From NCBI GenBank assembly GCA_902825785.1, contig CADECN010000001.1:1-44928 (forward strand): a DNA stretch of 44,928 nt, given 5' to 3'. Made by a program: the position numbers and the translations under genes. Below, in pieces: positions 8,357 through 16,913 of the stretch. Numbering within the stretch: position 1 is the stretch's first letter; each line of letters starts with the position of its first letter. The stretch comes from an uncultured Hyphomicrobium sp. Its GTDB lineage: Bacteria; Pseudomonadota; Alphaproteobacteria; Rhizobiales; Hyphomicrobiaceae. Under the pieces are notes generated by a model. It did no database searches, was not told the origin of the DNA, and saw only the letters and a list, made by a program, of their open reading frames with translations.

Positions 8357-8392
8357 GAGGCGCGCAAAGACGGCATCGTCTTTGCGCGCCTC
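8357..8392. terminator. Perfect 16-bp hairpin after bdhA
   Basis: GAGGCGCGCAAAGACG-GCAT-CGTCTTTGCGCGCCTC. No clear U tract. Confidence 0.6.
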
Positions 8393-8423
8393 ATCGCTCT
8401 TGGCGGCCCGTCGCAACAACGAC

Positions 8424-8490
8424 ATAGCCCAGAGCTATCGAAAGCGTTCCCATTCGGCATTTCAAAAACGATGCGCCGCAACGCCATTCT
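8424..8490 (+). promoter_or_regulatory. LysR box plus promoter module, copy 2
   Basis: ATAG-cccagag-CTAT-CGAAA-N11-CGGCAT-TTCAAA-N18-CATTCT, upstream of the cupin gene. Confidence 0.75.
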
Positions 8491-8547
8491 GCGGCGCATG
8501 AGCGCCGTTTTCAGCGCTCACCTCCAGCATCGAAAAGGATCGCACCC

Positions 8548-9039
8548 ATGTCTCTCAACTATCCCCTCTCACTGCCGACAACCACGGCAATGTTTGCCCT
8601 GTTGGCCGGCGCCACTTTTATTCTTGCGCCGCTGCCGGCATTTGCAGGCTCATGCCCGGTTGACAAGCAAACGACGGACGGCCAGAAGCCGGGCGCAACC
8701 GCGCATAAAAACGTCAGCGAAAAGCTTCTCGGCGCAATTGATCTGTCGAAGGAGCGCGTCGCCGTCGCCGGCCACAGTTTCCGGATGCGCCGCCTTGACG
8801 TTCAGCCCGGCGGCGAAGTTGCCTGGCACAGCCACGAAGACCGCCCGGCACTGATCTTCGTGGTCTCCGGCTCTATCACCGAATACTCGAGCCACTGCGC
8901 CGTTCCGATCGTCCACGGCACCGGCGATCTTTCGGTAGAGCAGGGCGGACTTTCTCATTGGTGGAAGAACACCAGCAAGAAGCCGGTCGTTCTGATTTCC
9001 GCCGACATCGCCGCCAACCCGGAACAGCCGGGCATGTAA
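8548..9039 (+). CDS. Secreted cupin-domain protein
   Basis: Signal peptide ending AFA. Cupin motif PGGEVAWHSHEDRP..GSITEY and second motif E..GLSHWWKN. Two Cys. Confidence 0.85.
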   Translation: MSLNYPLSLPTTTAMFALLAGATFILAPLPAFAGSCPVDKQTTDGQKPGATAHKNVSEKLLGAIDLSKERVAVAGHSFRMRRLDVQPGGEVAWHSHEDRPALIFVVSGSITEYSSHCAVPIVHGTGDLSVEQGGLSHWWKNTSKKPVVLISADIAANPEQPGM

Positions 9040-9048
9040 TCCGCACAA

Positions 9049-9080
9049 CCGCGCGGCTTCTGTCCGTGGGAGCCGCGCGG
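9049..9080. terminator. Intergenic hairpin between cupin and MFS genes
   Basis: CCGCGCGGCT...AGCCGCGCGG inverted repeat. Confidence 0.45.
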
Positions 9081-9112
9081 CCTTGCAAGTCCGAAAACGC
9101 GAAAGAAACGCG

Positions 9113-10303
9113 ATGGCCAGTTTGACCGCACATCTCAATCCGGGTTTGACCGCCCGCGCTGCGATTGCCAGATCCGGTATCATCGGATTGATGGCATTCC
9201 TCACGGTCGTCGATTTGTTCGCCGCGCAGGCGCTGTTGCCCTCCCTTGTCACGCACTACGGCGTTTCTCCTGCCGCGATGGGGTTGGCCGTCAACGCATG
9301 TACGTTCGGCATGGCCGCGTCCGGGCTCGCCGTTGCGCTTTTCGGTTCCAGAATCGGGCGGCGCACCGGCATCGTCACCAGTTTGGCGGCGCTCGCAATT
9401 CCGACCGCCGCTCTCGCATTCGCCCCCAATCTTGGGGTATTCGCCGCGCTTCGCATCACGCAAGGCATCTTCATGGCCGCCGCCTTCGGCCTGACGCTCG
9501 CCTATTTGGGCGAACACTACAGCGCCAAAGAGTCTGCCAGCGCCTTTGCCGCCTACATTACGGGCAACGTTGCCAGCAACCTGTTCGGCCGTTTGATTGC
9601 AGCGGGAGTTGCGGATCACATTGGCTTGCAGGCCGCTTTCTTTGCCTTCGCTCTCCTCAATTTGGCGGGCGCAGCGCTGGCATTCGTTGCTGTCGGCATG
9701 TCGCCCACCCCGATGACGCGAGAGAAGACGGACGCAACGACCGACTGGCTGAGCCATCTGAAGAATTCCGAGCTGCGCGCGAGCTTTGGCATCGGCTTTT
9801 GCATCCTGTTCGCGTTCATCGGCACGTTCACGTTCGTAAACTTCGTGCTTGTCGGGCCTCCTCACGTCGTCGGCATGATGCGCCTCGGTATCGTATACTT
9901 CGTCTTTCTGCCGTCGATCGTCACGACGCTGATTGCCGGCGCCATCGGCCAGAGGATCGGCACGCGCAGGGCGTTATTGGCAGGCTTTGGCGTCGCCGTT
10001 CTAGGGTTGCCGTTGTTGCTGTCGGCGAACTTGTCCGTCGTGCTCGCGGGGATGGTCCTGGTCGCAATTGGGACGTTCTTTGCGCAAGCCCTGGCGACGA
10101 CGCACGTCAGCCGGACCGCAACAAGCGATCGCGCGGCAGCAAGCGGCATGTATCTGGCGAGTTATTTCATAGGCGGGCTGATCGGCACGGCGGTGCTCGG
10201 TCAGGTCTTCGATCGGTTGGGGTGGCCGGCAACGGTCGCTGGAATTGCCGTCGTGCTCGCGATCGCCGGGCTTCTTAGCTTGCGGCTGAAAGACCACCGC
10301 TAA
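9113..10303 (+). CDS. MFS transporter (YnfM-like)
   Basis: About 12 hydrophobic segments. RIGRR loop, LRITQG, AYITGN..GR and ASGMYLASYFIGG motifs. Confidence 0.88.
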   Translation: MASLTAHLNPGLTARAAIARSGIIGLMAFLTVVDLFAAQALLPSLVTHYGVSPAAMGLAVNACTFGMAASGLAVALFGSRIGRRTGIVTSLAALAIPTAALAFAPNLGVFAALRITQGIFMAAAFGLTLAYLGEHYSAKESASAFAAYITGNVASNLFGRLIAAGVADHIGLQAAFFAFALLNLAGAALAFVAVGMSPTPMTREKTDATTDWLSHLKNSELRASFGIGFCILFAFIGTFTFVNFVLVGPPHVVGMMRLGIVYFVFLPSIVTTLIAGAIGQRIGTRRALLAGFGVAVLGLPLLLSANLSVVLAGMVLVAIGTFFAQALATTHVSRTATSDRAAASGMYLASYFIGGLIGTAVLGQVFDRLGWPATVAGIAVVLAIAGLLSLRLKDHR

Positions 10304-10318
10304 GAGCGCCATCCGCGC

Positions 10319-11959
10319 TTAACGAAAATTTGCAACGCGGGCCGCACCTTCCGAGATCACGCGCGCATTGTCCGCCGTCGCATCCCCGGCCGGCACACCG
10401 CGAACCATGACATGCGGATTTGACCATATGGGTAGCCTGGCACATCCGCCGCAGCTTTCCTCGTAGCTCATCATCGTCCGCCACGCCGTTCCCGAAACGA
10501 AGCCATGCCCGTATGCATAGGGCTGCATGGTGTCGTCGAGGCCCAGATCGTGCCGCGCGCCGATCAGGTGGCCGATTTCGTGGGCGATCGAGTAGCTCAG
10601 CGCGGCACATTCGTGGTGCACCACGGCGAACGCGCGGTCGGCCTGTGGTGCGACACCGGCGGCAAGGCCACATCCGTTGGGATCGTGCACGATGAGCAAG
10701 GCGACGTCGGCCTTTGCTTGGTCGCGGAGTTCGTGGACTTCGTCCATGTAGCCGTCACCGCGGTCGGCGAAGCGAAAGACGTGCTCGAAGTGCGAGCCTT
10801 GCTCAACGTAGTTCGTCTCATAGGTCTTCACCAGTTCGATCCGGACATTGCCGATCTGGCTATTGCGGAACGACTGGTTCGCATCCTCGACCGCGAGCGC
10901 GACCAGGTCTTTCTCAATGTCCGTGTAGTGCTGGGCGGCCGCGTTGGTGTAGGCGACCAGCAGCGTGATGGTCGTCGCCGGGGTACGCGTTTCCGCGACG
11001 TCAAGCGGCGGCGGTGTCAGCAGCGCGAGGTCGGCCGAGCGATCCCCCCGCTTTGATGGAGCGGCATCCTGCAAATTGTGCAGTGGCTCCTGGGTGGTGC
11101 CTCCGCCGGGGGGCGGGGCGTCCCGCAACATGCTTGCGTCGCCGTTCTTGACCAGCGGATCTTCCGGCAGGCGCATTTTTTTTATCATCGCGGGAGCCAT
11201 GGGCGCATGGTCGGGGGGCAGCATATCGGGCGCCATTTCAATGATGCCGTGCATGCTGCCGCCCATGTGCCGAATGACGTAGCGGCGATTTTTGTAGGAT
11301 ATCTGGCCGGCGAGGCGCCCGCTTGGCCACCAAAGCAACGTCACGGGATCGCCCGTATCCTCGATCATGCCGTGCCACCGGTAGCCGTCGGCCGTCTTTT
11401 CAACGCTTCGCCGCCTCGCTTTCACAGTCAGTTTCGCACTGAGCGGCAATTCGATTGTATCGACCGCCTTCGATCCGGCCGTTCCGGTCGCTGACGCGGT
11501 CAAGGCGTATTCCATCACCTTCGGATCCGGCAGCGCCATCATCGTGACGGCCATGGCCGCCTTCGAATCCATCGACATGTGCATCATTGATTTTTGCTGA
11601 TCGGTCATGGCCGCCGACGACATCGGCGTCATCGCCGTGCGATTCTGCGAGTTCAGAACCATCACGTCGACACCCTGCCTCGCCGCGACGATCTTGAATG
11701 CCTCGACTCGTTCCGCCTGGACAGACCACATTTCGGATCGCGTCATCTCGAGCGCCGACGTTTCTCCTTCGCCGGCCGCTTGTCTAAGGGCGCGGTAGCC
11801 AGGATCGGAAGTGGGCGGCAGATGGGAGAGGATGAGTCCCACGCGCGGCGCCGTGCCGACGGCTCTGAGCTCGGCGGCTTGGAGACCACTGGATAGGGCT
11901 ATGGTCGATGCGGCCAGCAGCAGCCACCGCCTGGCGGAAACGCTCTTCATCATCATCAT
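10319..11959 (-). CDS. Exported metzincin (M12/reprolysin-like) zinc metallopeptidase with Met-rich N-terminal region
   Basis: HEIGHLIGARHD zinc motif, Met-turn TMMSY, RR-containing signal peptide. Exact start within ATGATGATGATG is uncertain. Confidence 0.82.
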   Translation of the reverse strand: MMMMKSVSARRWLLLAASTIALSSGLQAAELRAVGTAPRVGLILSHLPPTSDPGYRALRQAAGEGETSALEMTRSEMWSVQAERVEAFKIVAARQGVDVMVLNSQNRTAMTPMSSAAMTDQQKSMMHMSMDSKAAMAVTMMALPDPKVMEYALTASATGTAGSKAVDTIELPLSAKLTVKARRRSVEKTADGYRWHGMIEDTGDPVTLLWWPSGRLAGQISYKNRRYVIRHMGGSMHGIIEMAPDMLPPDHAPMAPAMIKKMRLPEDPLVKNGDASMLRDAPPPGGGTTQEPLHNLQDAAPSKRGDRSADLALLTPPPLDVAETRTPATTITLLVAYTNAAAQHYTDIEKDLVALAVEDANQSFRNSQIGNVRIELVKTYETNYVEQGSHFEHVFRFADRGDGYMDEVHELRDQAKADVALLIVHDPNGCGLAAGVAPQADRAFAVVHHECAALSYSIAHEIGHLIGARHDLGLDDTMQPYAYGHGFVSGTAWRTMMSYEESCGGCARLPIWSNPHVMVRGVPAGDATADNARVISEGAARVANFR

Positions 11960-11983
11960 CGCTGACCTCGTCGCTTGAAAGCC

Positions 11984-12015
11984 AAAAGGGGCCTCCGGGC
12001 CCAGCCCGGAGACCC
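11984..12015 (-). terminator. Intrinsic terminator after the 89-aa gene, upstream of the peptidase
   Basis: Minus strand GGGTCTCCGGGC-TGG-GCCCGGAGGCCC-CTTTT. Confidence 0.65.
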
Positions 12016-12040
12016 GACATCTTCTGGAAGGCGTCGCGGC

Positions 12041-12310
12041 CTAGCGGTTGCGAGCCTTGGATTCCATATCGGCGATGATTTGGTCCCAGACGCCGTGCGG
12101 GGAGAAGCTGTCACCCGACTTGCAGGAATTGTAGGCGTCGAGCGACTTGCGGACGACGTCGGCCAGTTCGTAGCCGCTCATCTTGTCGACGTAGATCGTC
12201 ATTTTCGAGAGGTGGTTCTTGAAGCCTGCATCGCAGTCGGTCTTTGCGAACGCGGGTGACGTAACGGCGGCGATCGCGCCCGCCAGCACTGCAATCGTAA
12301 GCGTCTTCAT
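12041..12310 (-). CDS. Small secreted hypothetical protein (2 Cys)
   Basis: AAGGAG RBS, signal peptide ending PAFA, own promoter module and terminator. Confidence 0.8.
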   Translation of the reverse strand: MKTLTIAVLAGAIAAVTSPAFAKTDCDAGFKNHLSKMTIYVDKMSGYELADVVRKSLDAYNSCKSGDSFSPHGVWDQIIADMESKARNR

Positions 12311-12367
12311 CGGTAGCTCCTTGGTTTTGGTTGTGAACCGCCGACGCTTTCGTCTGCGGTTGACGGG

Positions 12368-12433
12368 AAGCTACGGCCGTCGGCGGGCGAGCTGAAATGC
12401 CGAATACATTTGGTTTCGATAGCAGGAAACTAT
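12368..12433 (-). promoter_or_regulatory. LysR box plus promoter module, copy 3
   Basis: Minus strand ATAG-tttcctg-CTAT-CGAAA-N11-CGGCAT-TTCAGC-N17-TAGCTT. Confidence 0.8.
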
Positions 12434-12476
12434 GAAACGTGGTGCCACGGCCCCCCCGCACGTCTTCCGGCGATCG

Positions 12477-12542
12477 ATAGAGAAATCCTATGAACATCTA
12501 AGCCAAACGCTATTTCAGCGGCGCGCGCCTAACAGACACGAT
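12477..12542 (+). promoter_or_regulatory. LysR box plus promoter module, copy 4
   Basis: ATAG-agaaatc-CTAT-GAACA-N11-CGCTAT-TTCAGC-N17-CACGAT. Confidence 0.7.
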
Positions 12543-12594
12543 GAGCCGCAGATGCCCAGGGCATCGTGCGACACAACCTCATCAGGAGAGCGCC

Positions 12595-13086
12595 ATGTTG
12601 ACACCACGCCGAACACTCGCCACCGCAGCCGCCCTCGCATTTGTTTCGCTTTTCGCTTCGGGGCCTACCTCACGCGCGATCGCTGGCGCAGACGGCGACG
12701 GTGTCGTCGCCGTCAGAAGCGCATACGGTTTCAAAGACACCGTCACGAAGCTGAAGGACGACATCAGCAAGAAGGGCATTAAGTTCTTCTTCGCCGTCGA
12801 TCAATCGACGCTTGGCGCCGATGCGGGGCTCAAGCTCAACCCGTCGACCCTTCTGGTCTTCGGCAATCCTCCACTTGGCATCCAATTCCTGACCTCAAAC
12901 CCGAATTCCGGGCTCGATTGGCCGGTTCGCCTTCTCGTCCGCCAGGACGCGGATGGACAGGTGTGGGCGGTCTACACGGATTTCTCGTGGATCGCGCATC
13001 GGCACGGCATCAAGGATCGGGACGATCAATTCAAGATGGCGTCCGATGTCATCGCCTCCATCACCGCTAGCGTCGTTTCGAAGTGA
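12595..13086 (+). CDS. DUF302-domain exported protein
   Basis: AGGAGAG RBS. Tat-like TPRRTL signal. LLVFGNPPLG and GLDWPVRLLV motifs. Confidence 0.82.
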   Translation: MLTPRRTLATAAALAFVSLFASGPTSRAIAGADGDGVVAVRSAYGFKDTVTKLKDDISKKGIKFFFAVDQSTLGADAGLKLNPSTLLVFGNPPLGIQFLTSNPNSGLDWPVRLLVRQDADGQVWAVYTDFSWIAHRHGIKDRDDQFKMASDVIASITASVVSK

Positions 13087-13121
13087 ACGATCCCCGTTGC
13101 TCAAGAATTTTGGAGACGAAC

Positions 13122-14351
13122 ATGAGCTTTCAGTTTGACACCAGCGCGCTGCGCCAAACACAGACAGCGTCGCGCACAACACGCCTATCGGGCGACGATC
13201 AGCTTGTCCTGGTCTTGCAAGGCGGCGGCGCGCTCGGAGCCTACCAGGCAGGCGTCTACCACGCGCTCGATGAAGCGGGTGTCGAACCTGATTGGGTCAT
13301 TGGCACATCGATCGGCGCCATCAACGCCGCGCTGATCGTCGGCAACAAGCCATCGGATCGCATCGACGCCCTACAGCAATTCTGGGGACGGATGGCCCGC
13401 CAACCGGCTTGGCACGGATGGCCGATCTGGCCGCAGATCTCGCAATCCATGGCGTACATGCAGACGTTGGCGCAAGGTATCCCGGGATTTTTCGCGCCCA
13501 ATCCGCTGGCGTTTCTCGGGCCCCACGTGCCCCTCGGCGCCGATGACGCCGGCTACTATTCGACCGGAGCGCTGGAGAGCACGCTGAACGAACTTGTCGA
13601 TTTTTCGCTCGTCAATCGCGGCGCTCCGCGTCTCACAGTCGGAGCGGCGCACGTTCGAACAAGTCAGATGCGTTACTTCGATAGCAAGGACACACGGATC
13701 AACGCGAAGCACATCATGGCGTCCGGCGCACTGCCGCCGGCATTTCCGGCGGTCCGCATCGACGGCGAACTGTACTGGGACGGCGGCATTCTCTCGAACA
13801 CGCCGGCCGAGGTCATCTTCGATGAACCGCACCGCAAGAACTCGCTCATTCTTGCCGTTCATATGTGGAACCCGGTCGGACCCGAGCCGCAAACGATCTG
13901 GGATGTGCTGCACCGACACAAGGATATCCAGTACTCCAGCCGCGTCGCAACTCACGTCACGCGCCAGGCGCAGATGCATCGCATGCGCCATGTCATCCGC
14001 GAGCTAACCCAATTCCTGCCCGAGACCATCAAGACGCGCGAAGACGTCCGCGCGCTGACATCTTACGGCTGCCCATCGCGTATGCATGTCGTCCGTCTCC
14101 TTTGGCCCGGTCATCAGGACGAAGATCACCGAAAGGATGTCGACTTCAGTCCTGCCGGTGTTCGCAGCCGTTGGCAGGCGGGCTACGAGAAAACGATGCG
14201 CGCGATAGCCAGCGCGCCGTGGCGGCGCGATGACGATCCGCTTGAGGGCGTTTTTCTACATGAGATAGCCGATAGCGAACCGGACGCGGCGCTTGGGTCA
14301 ACCGACGTCGCCTGCGTCGCGCCAATCGCTGCGAATAACGGCAGCTGGTAG
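13122..14351 (+). CDS. Patatin-like phospholipase/esterase (DUF3734-type C-terminus)
   Basis: QGGGALGAYQ, GTSIG, ASGALPP and WDGG motifs, then KDIQYSSR and KDVDFS. GGAGA RBS. Confidence 0.88.
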   Translation: MSFQFDTSALRQTQTASRTTRLSGDDQLVLVLQGGGALGAYQAGVYHALDEAGVEPDWVIGTSIGAINAALIVGNKPSDRIDALQQFWGRMARQPAWHGWPIWPQISQSMAYMQTLAQGIPGFFAPNPLAFLGPHVPLGADDAGYYSTGALESTLNELVDFSLVNRGAPRLTVGAAHVRTSQMRYFDSKDTRINAKHIMASGALPPAFPAVRIDGELYWDGGILSNTPAEVIFDEPHRKNSLILAVHMWNPVGPEPQTIWDVLHRHKDIQYSSRVATHVTRQAQMHRMRHVIRELTQFLPETIKTREDVRALTSYGCPSRMHVVRLLWPGHQDEDHRKDVDFSPAGVRSRWQAGYEKTMRAIASAPWRRDDDPLEGVFLHEIADSEPDAALGSTDVACVAPIAANNGSW

Positions 14352-14462
14352 GAAACCCACCTCGGCGGGGCGACGTCGGGTGTTTGTGCGCGCGATGGCG
14401 GCACCGGTGCGCCCGCCCATGTAGGTGACGAGCGTGGTCGAAGCGTCGGCATCAGCCCCGCG

Positions 14463-16913
14463 CTAGGCTTTGATCCGCTCATTCGTCGGGTCGTAGAGCG
14501 GCGTCAGCGTCACCGTCGCCGGCACGCGTTCGGTCGCGACTTCCAGTTCGTAGCTGCCGCTGATCACGAAATCGGCGTCAACGCCCGGATCGGGCCTGCG
14601 CACGTAGCCGTAGCCGATGGAGCGATTGACGGTGTAGCCGAAGCCGCCGCTCGCGAGCCAGCCGACACGCTCGCCGTCGCGATAGATCGTTTCGCGGCCG
14701 AGCAGCACGATCGATGGATCGGTCGTGAAACAGGCGAGCAGACGCGGCAGCGGCTTGGCGGCCTGCATGGTGATCGCCTCGCGCCCCTGAAAGGGCGTGT
14801 TCGATTTGAATTTGACCGCCCAGCCAAGCCCCGCGACCAGCGGCGAATGATCTGGACCGATCTCGCTGCCCCATGCGCGATAGCCCTTCTCTAGCCTGAG
14901 CGATTCAATCGCGCGGTAGCCCGCGTTGACGATTCCGAATTGCGCGCCTTCGGCCATCAGCGCTTCATAGACACTGGTGACGAACTCCACGGGTATGTGC
15001 AGTTCCCAGCCGAGCTCACCGACATACGTGACGCGCAGCGCGACGACCGGCGCGCCGGCAATTTGCACGCGCCGCACATGCCCGAACGGAAAGCCCACGT
15101 TGGAGACATCATCGGTGGTGAGCGCCGACAGCGCGTCGCGCGCACGCGGACCCATGACGGCAAGCACGCCATATGAGGATGTGACATCCACGAGGCGCGC
15201 ATCGAGGTTGTCGGGGATCGACCTGCTGATCCAATCGAAATCGTGCGTGGCGAAACCGGTGCCCGTGACGATGTAATAGGTATCTGCCGCCAGCCTTGCC
15301 ACCGTCAGGTCGCAAGCGATCCCGCCTTTGGCGTTCAGCATCTGCGTGTATACGAGGCGTCCCGGCGGTTTTGCGACGTCATTGGCCGCGATCCATGACA
15401 GGGCCTGTTCCGCGTCGCGCCCGACCATCATGAATTTCGCAAACGAGGTCTGGTCGAACACGGCGACCCGCTCGCGCGCCGCCCGATGCTCGCGGCCGAC
15501 GGCGTCGAACCAGTTCTGGCGCTCGTAGCTATAAATGTCGCGCGCCATTTCGCCGGCGTCCGAGCCGGCAAACCAGTTCGGGCGCTCCCAGCCCAGCTTC
15601 TCGCCGAACACCGCGCCCTGCTGACGGAGCCGATCGTACAGCGGCGAGCGCCGCAGCGGACGGCCGGAAGTGTGCTCCTCATGCGGCCAGGCCATGGTGT
15701 AGTGCTTGGCGTAAGCCTCCATGGTGCGCGTGCGCACCCAACCCGTGTCGAGGTGGTTGCGGCCGAAGCGACGGATATCCACCGGCCACAGATCGTAGGG
15801 CGGCCCGCCTCTCGCGACCCATTCGGCCAGCGCCATGCCCGCGCCGCCGCCAGCCGCGATGCCGAACGCGTTGAAGCCGGCGCCAACGAAGATGCCGCGC
15901 ACTTCGGGCGCCTCGCCCAGGATGAAATTGCCGTCCGGGGTGAAGCTCTCGGGTCCGTTGATGAACTGTCGGATACCGGCCGTCTCCATGGCGGCAACGC
16001 GGCCGGCGGCAAGTTCGAGCAGGGGCTCGAAATGCTCAAGGTCGTTGTCGAGAAGCTGGAATTCGAACGGCTCGCGGAAGGCGGTTTCGGCCCAGGGCTT
16101 GGGGTTGGGCTCATAGCCGCCCATCACAAGCCCGCCGACCTCCTCTTTCCAGTAGGTCAGCCGGTCGGGATCGCGCAGCGTCGGAAGACCCGGCGTCACG
16201 CCGTCGATCTTTTCCGTGATGAGATACTGATGCTGCATCGAGACGAGCGGAATGTTGACGCCCGCGAGCTTGCCGATCTGGCGCGACCATTGCCCGGCGC
16301 AGATGACGAGCTTTTCGCAAGCGATACGGCCCTGGTCCGTCACGACCGCGCGCACCGCGCCGTCCTCGATCTCGATGCCGGTGACGCTCACGCCCTCGCG
16401 AATGGTGACGCCGCCCTGACGCGCGCCCTTGGCGAGCGACATCGTGATGTCGGACGGCGAAGCCTGACCGTCGGTCGGCAGGAACGCGGCGCCAACCACG
16501 TCGTCGACCTGCATCAGCGGCCACAGTTCCTGCGCCTCCTTGGCCGTCAAGAGCTGCATGTCGAGTCCGAAGGACTTGGCTGTCGTGGCCTGGCGCTTGA
16601 CCTCGGTCCAGCGCTCGGCGTTGCAGGCAAGGCGCAGACCGCCGTTGCGTTTCCAGCCGGTCGCGAGGCCCGTCTCCGTCTCCAGCCGGTCGTAGAGGGC
16701 GACCGAGTAGCCCAGGAGCTGCGTGATGTTGGCGCTTGATCGAAGCTGCCCCACGAGCCCAGCGGCGTGCCAGGTCGATCCCGAGGTGAGCTTGCCGCGC
16801 TCGATGAGGAGCACGTCGGTGAGGCCCATCTTGCCCAGATGGTACGCCGTCGAGCAGCCGACGATGCCGCCGCCGATAACTACGATTTTTGCTGAAGTCG
16901 GCAGCTCGTTCAT
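14463..16913 (-). CDS. GcvT-family FAD/folate-dependent amine oxidoreductase 1 (dimethylglycine/sarcosine dehydrogenase-like)
   Basis: GGGIVG, STWHAAG (covalent-FAD His motif), GPESFTPDG, GWERPNWF, YVGELGWE and LRLEKGY motifs. Confidence 0.92.
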   Translation of the reverse strand: MNELPTSAKIVVIGGGIVGCSTAYHLGKMGLTDVLLIERGKLTSGSTWHAAGLVGQLRSSANITQLLGYSVALYDRLETETGLATGWKRNGGLRLACNAERWTEVKRQATTAKSFGLDMQLLTAKEAQELWPLMQVDDVVGAAFLPTDGQASPSDITMSLAKGARQGGVTIREGVSVTGIEIEDGAVRAVVTDQGRIACEKLVICAGQWSRQIGKLAGVNIPLVSMQHQYLITEKIDGVTPGLPTLRDPDRLTYWKEEVGGLVMGGYEPNPKPWAETAFREPFEFQLLDNDLEHFEPLLELAAGRVAAMETAGIRQFINGPESFTPDGNFILGEAPEVRGIFVGAGFNAFGIAAGGGAGMALAEWVARGGPPYDLWPVDIRRFGRNHLDTGWVRTRTMEAYAKHYTMAWPHEEHTSGRPLRRSPLYDRLRQQGAVFGEKLGWERPNWFAGSDAGEMARDIYSYERQNWFDAVGREHRAARERVAVFDQTSFAKFMMVGRDAEQALSWIAANDVAKPPGRLVYTQMLNAKGGIACDLTVARLAADTYYIVTGTGFATHDFDWISRSIPDNLDARLVDVTSSYGVLAVMGPRARDALSALTTDDVSNVGFPFGHVRRVQIAGAPVVALRVTYVGELGWELHIPVEFVTSVYEALMAEGAQFGIVNAGYRAIESLRLEKGYRAWGSEIGPDHSPLVAGLGWAVKFKSNTPFQGREAITMQAAKPLPRLLACFTTDPSIVLLGRETIYRDGERVGWLASGGFGYTVNRSIGYGYVRRPDPGVDADFVISGSYELEVATERVPATVTLTPLYDPTNERIKA

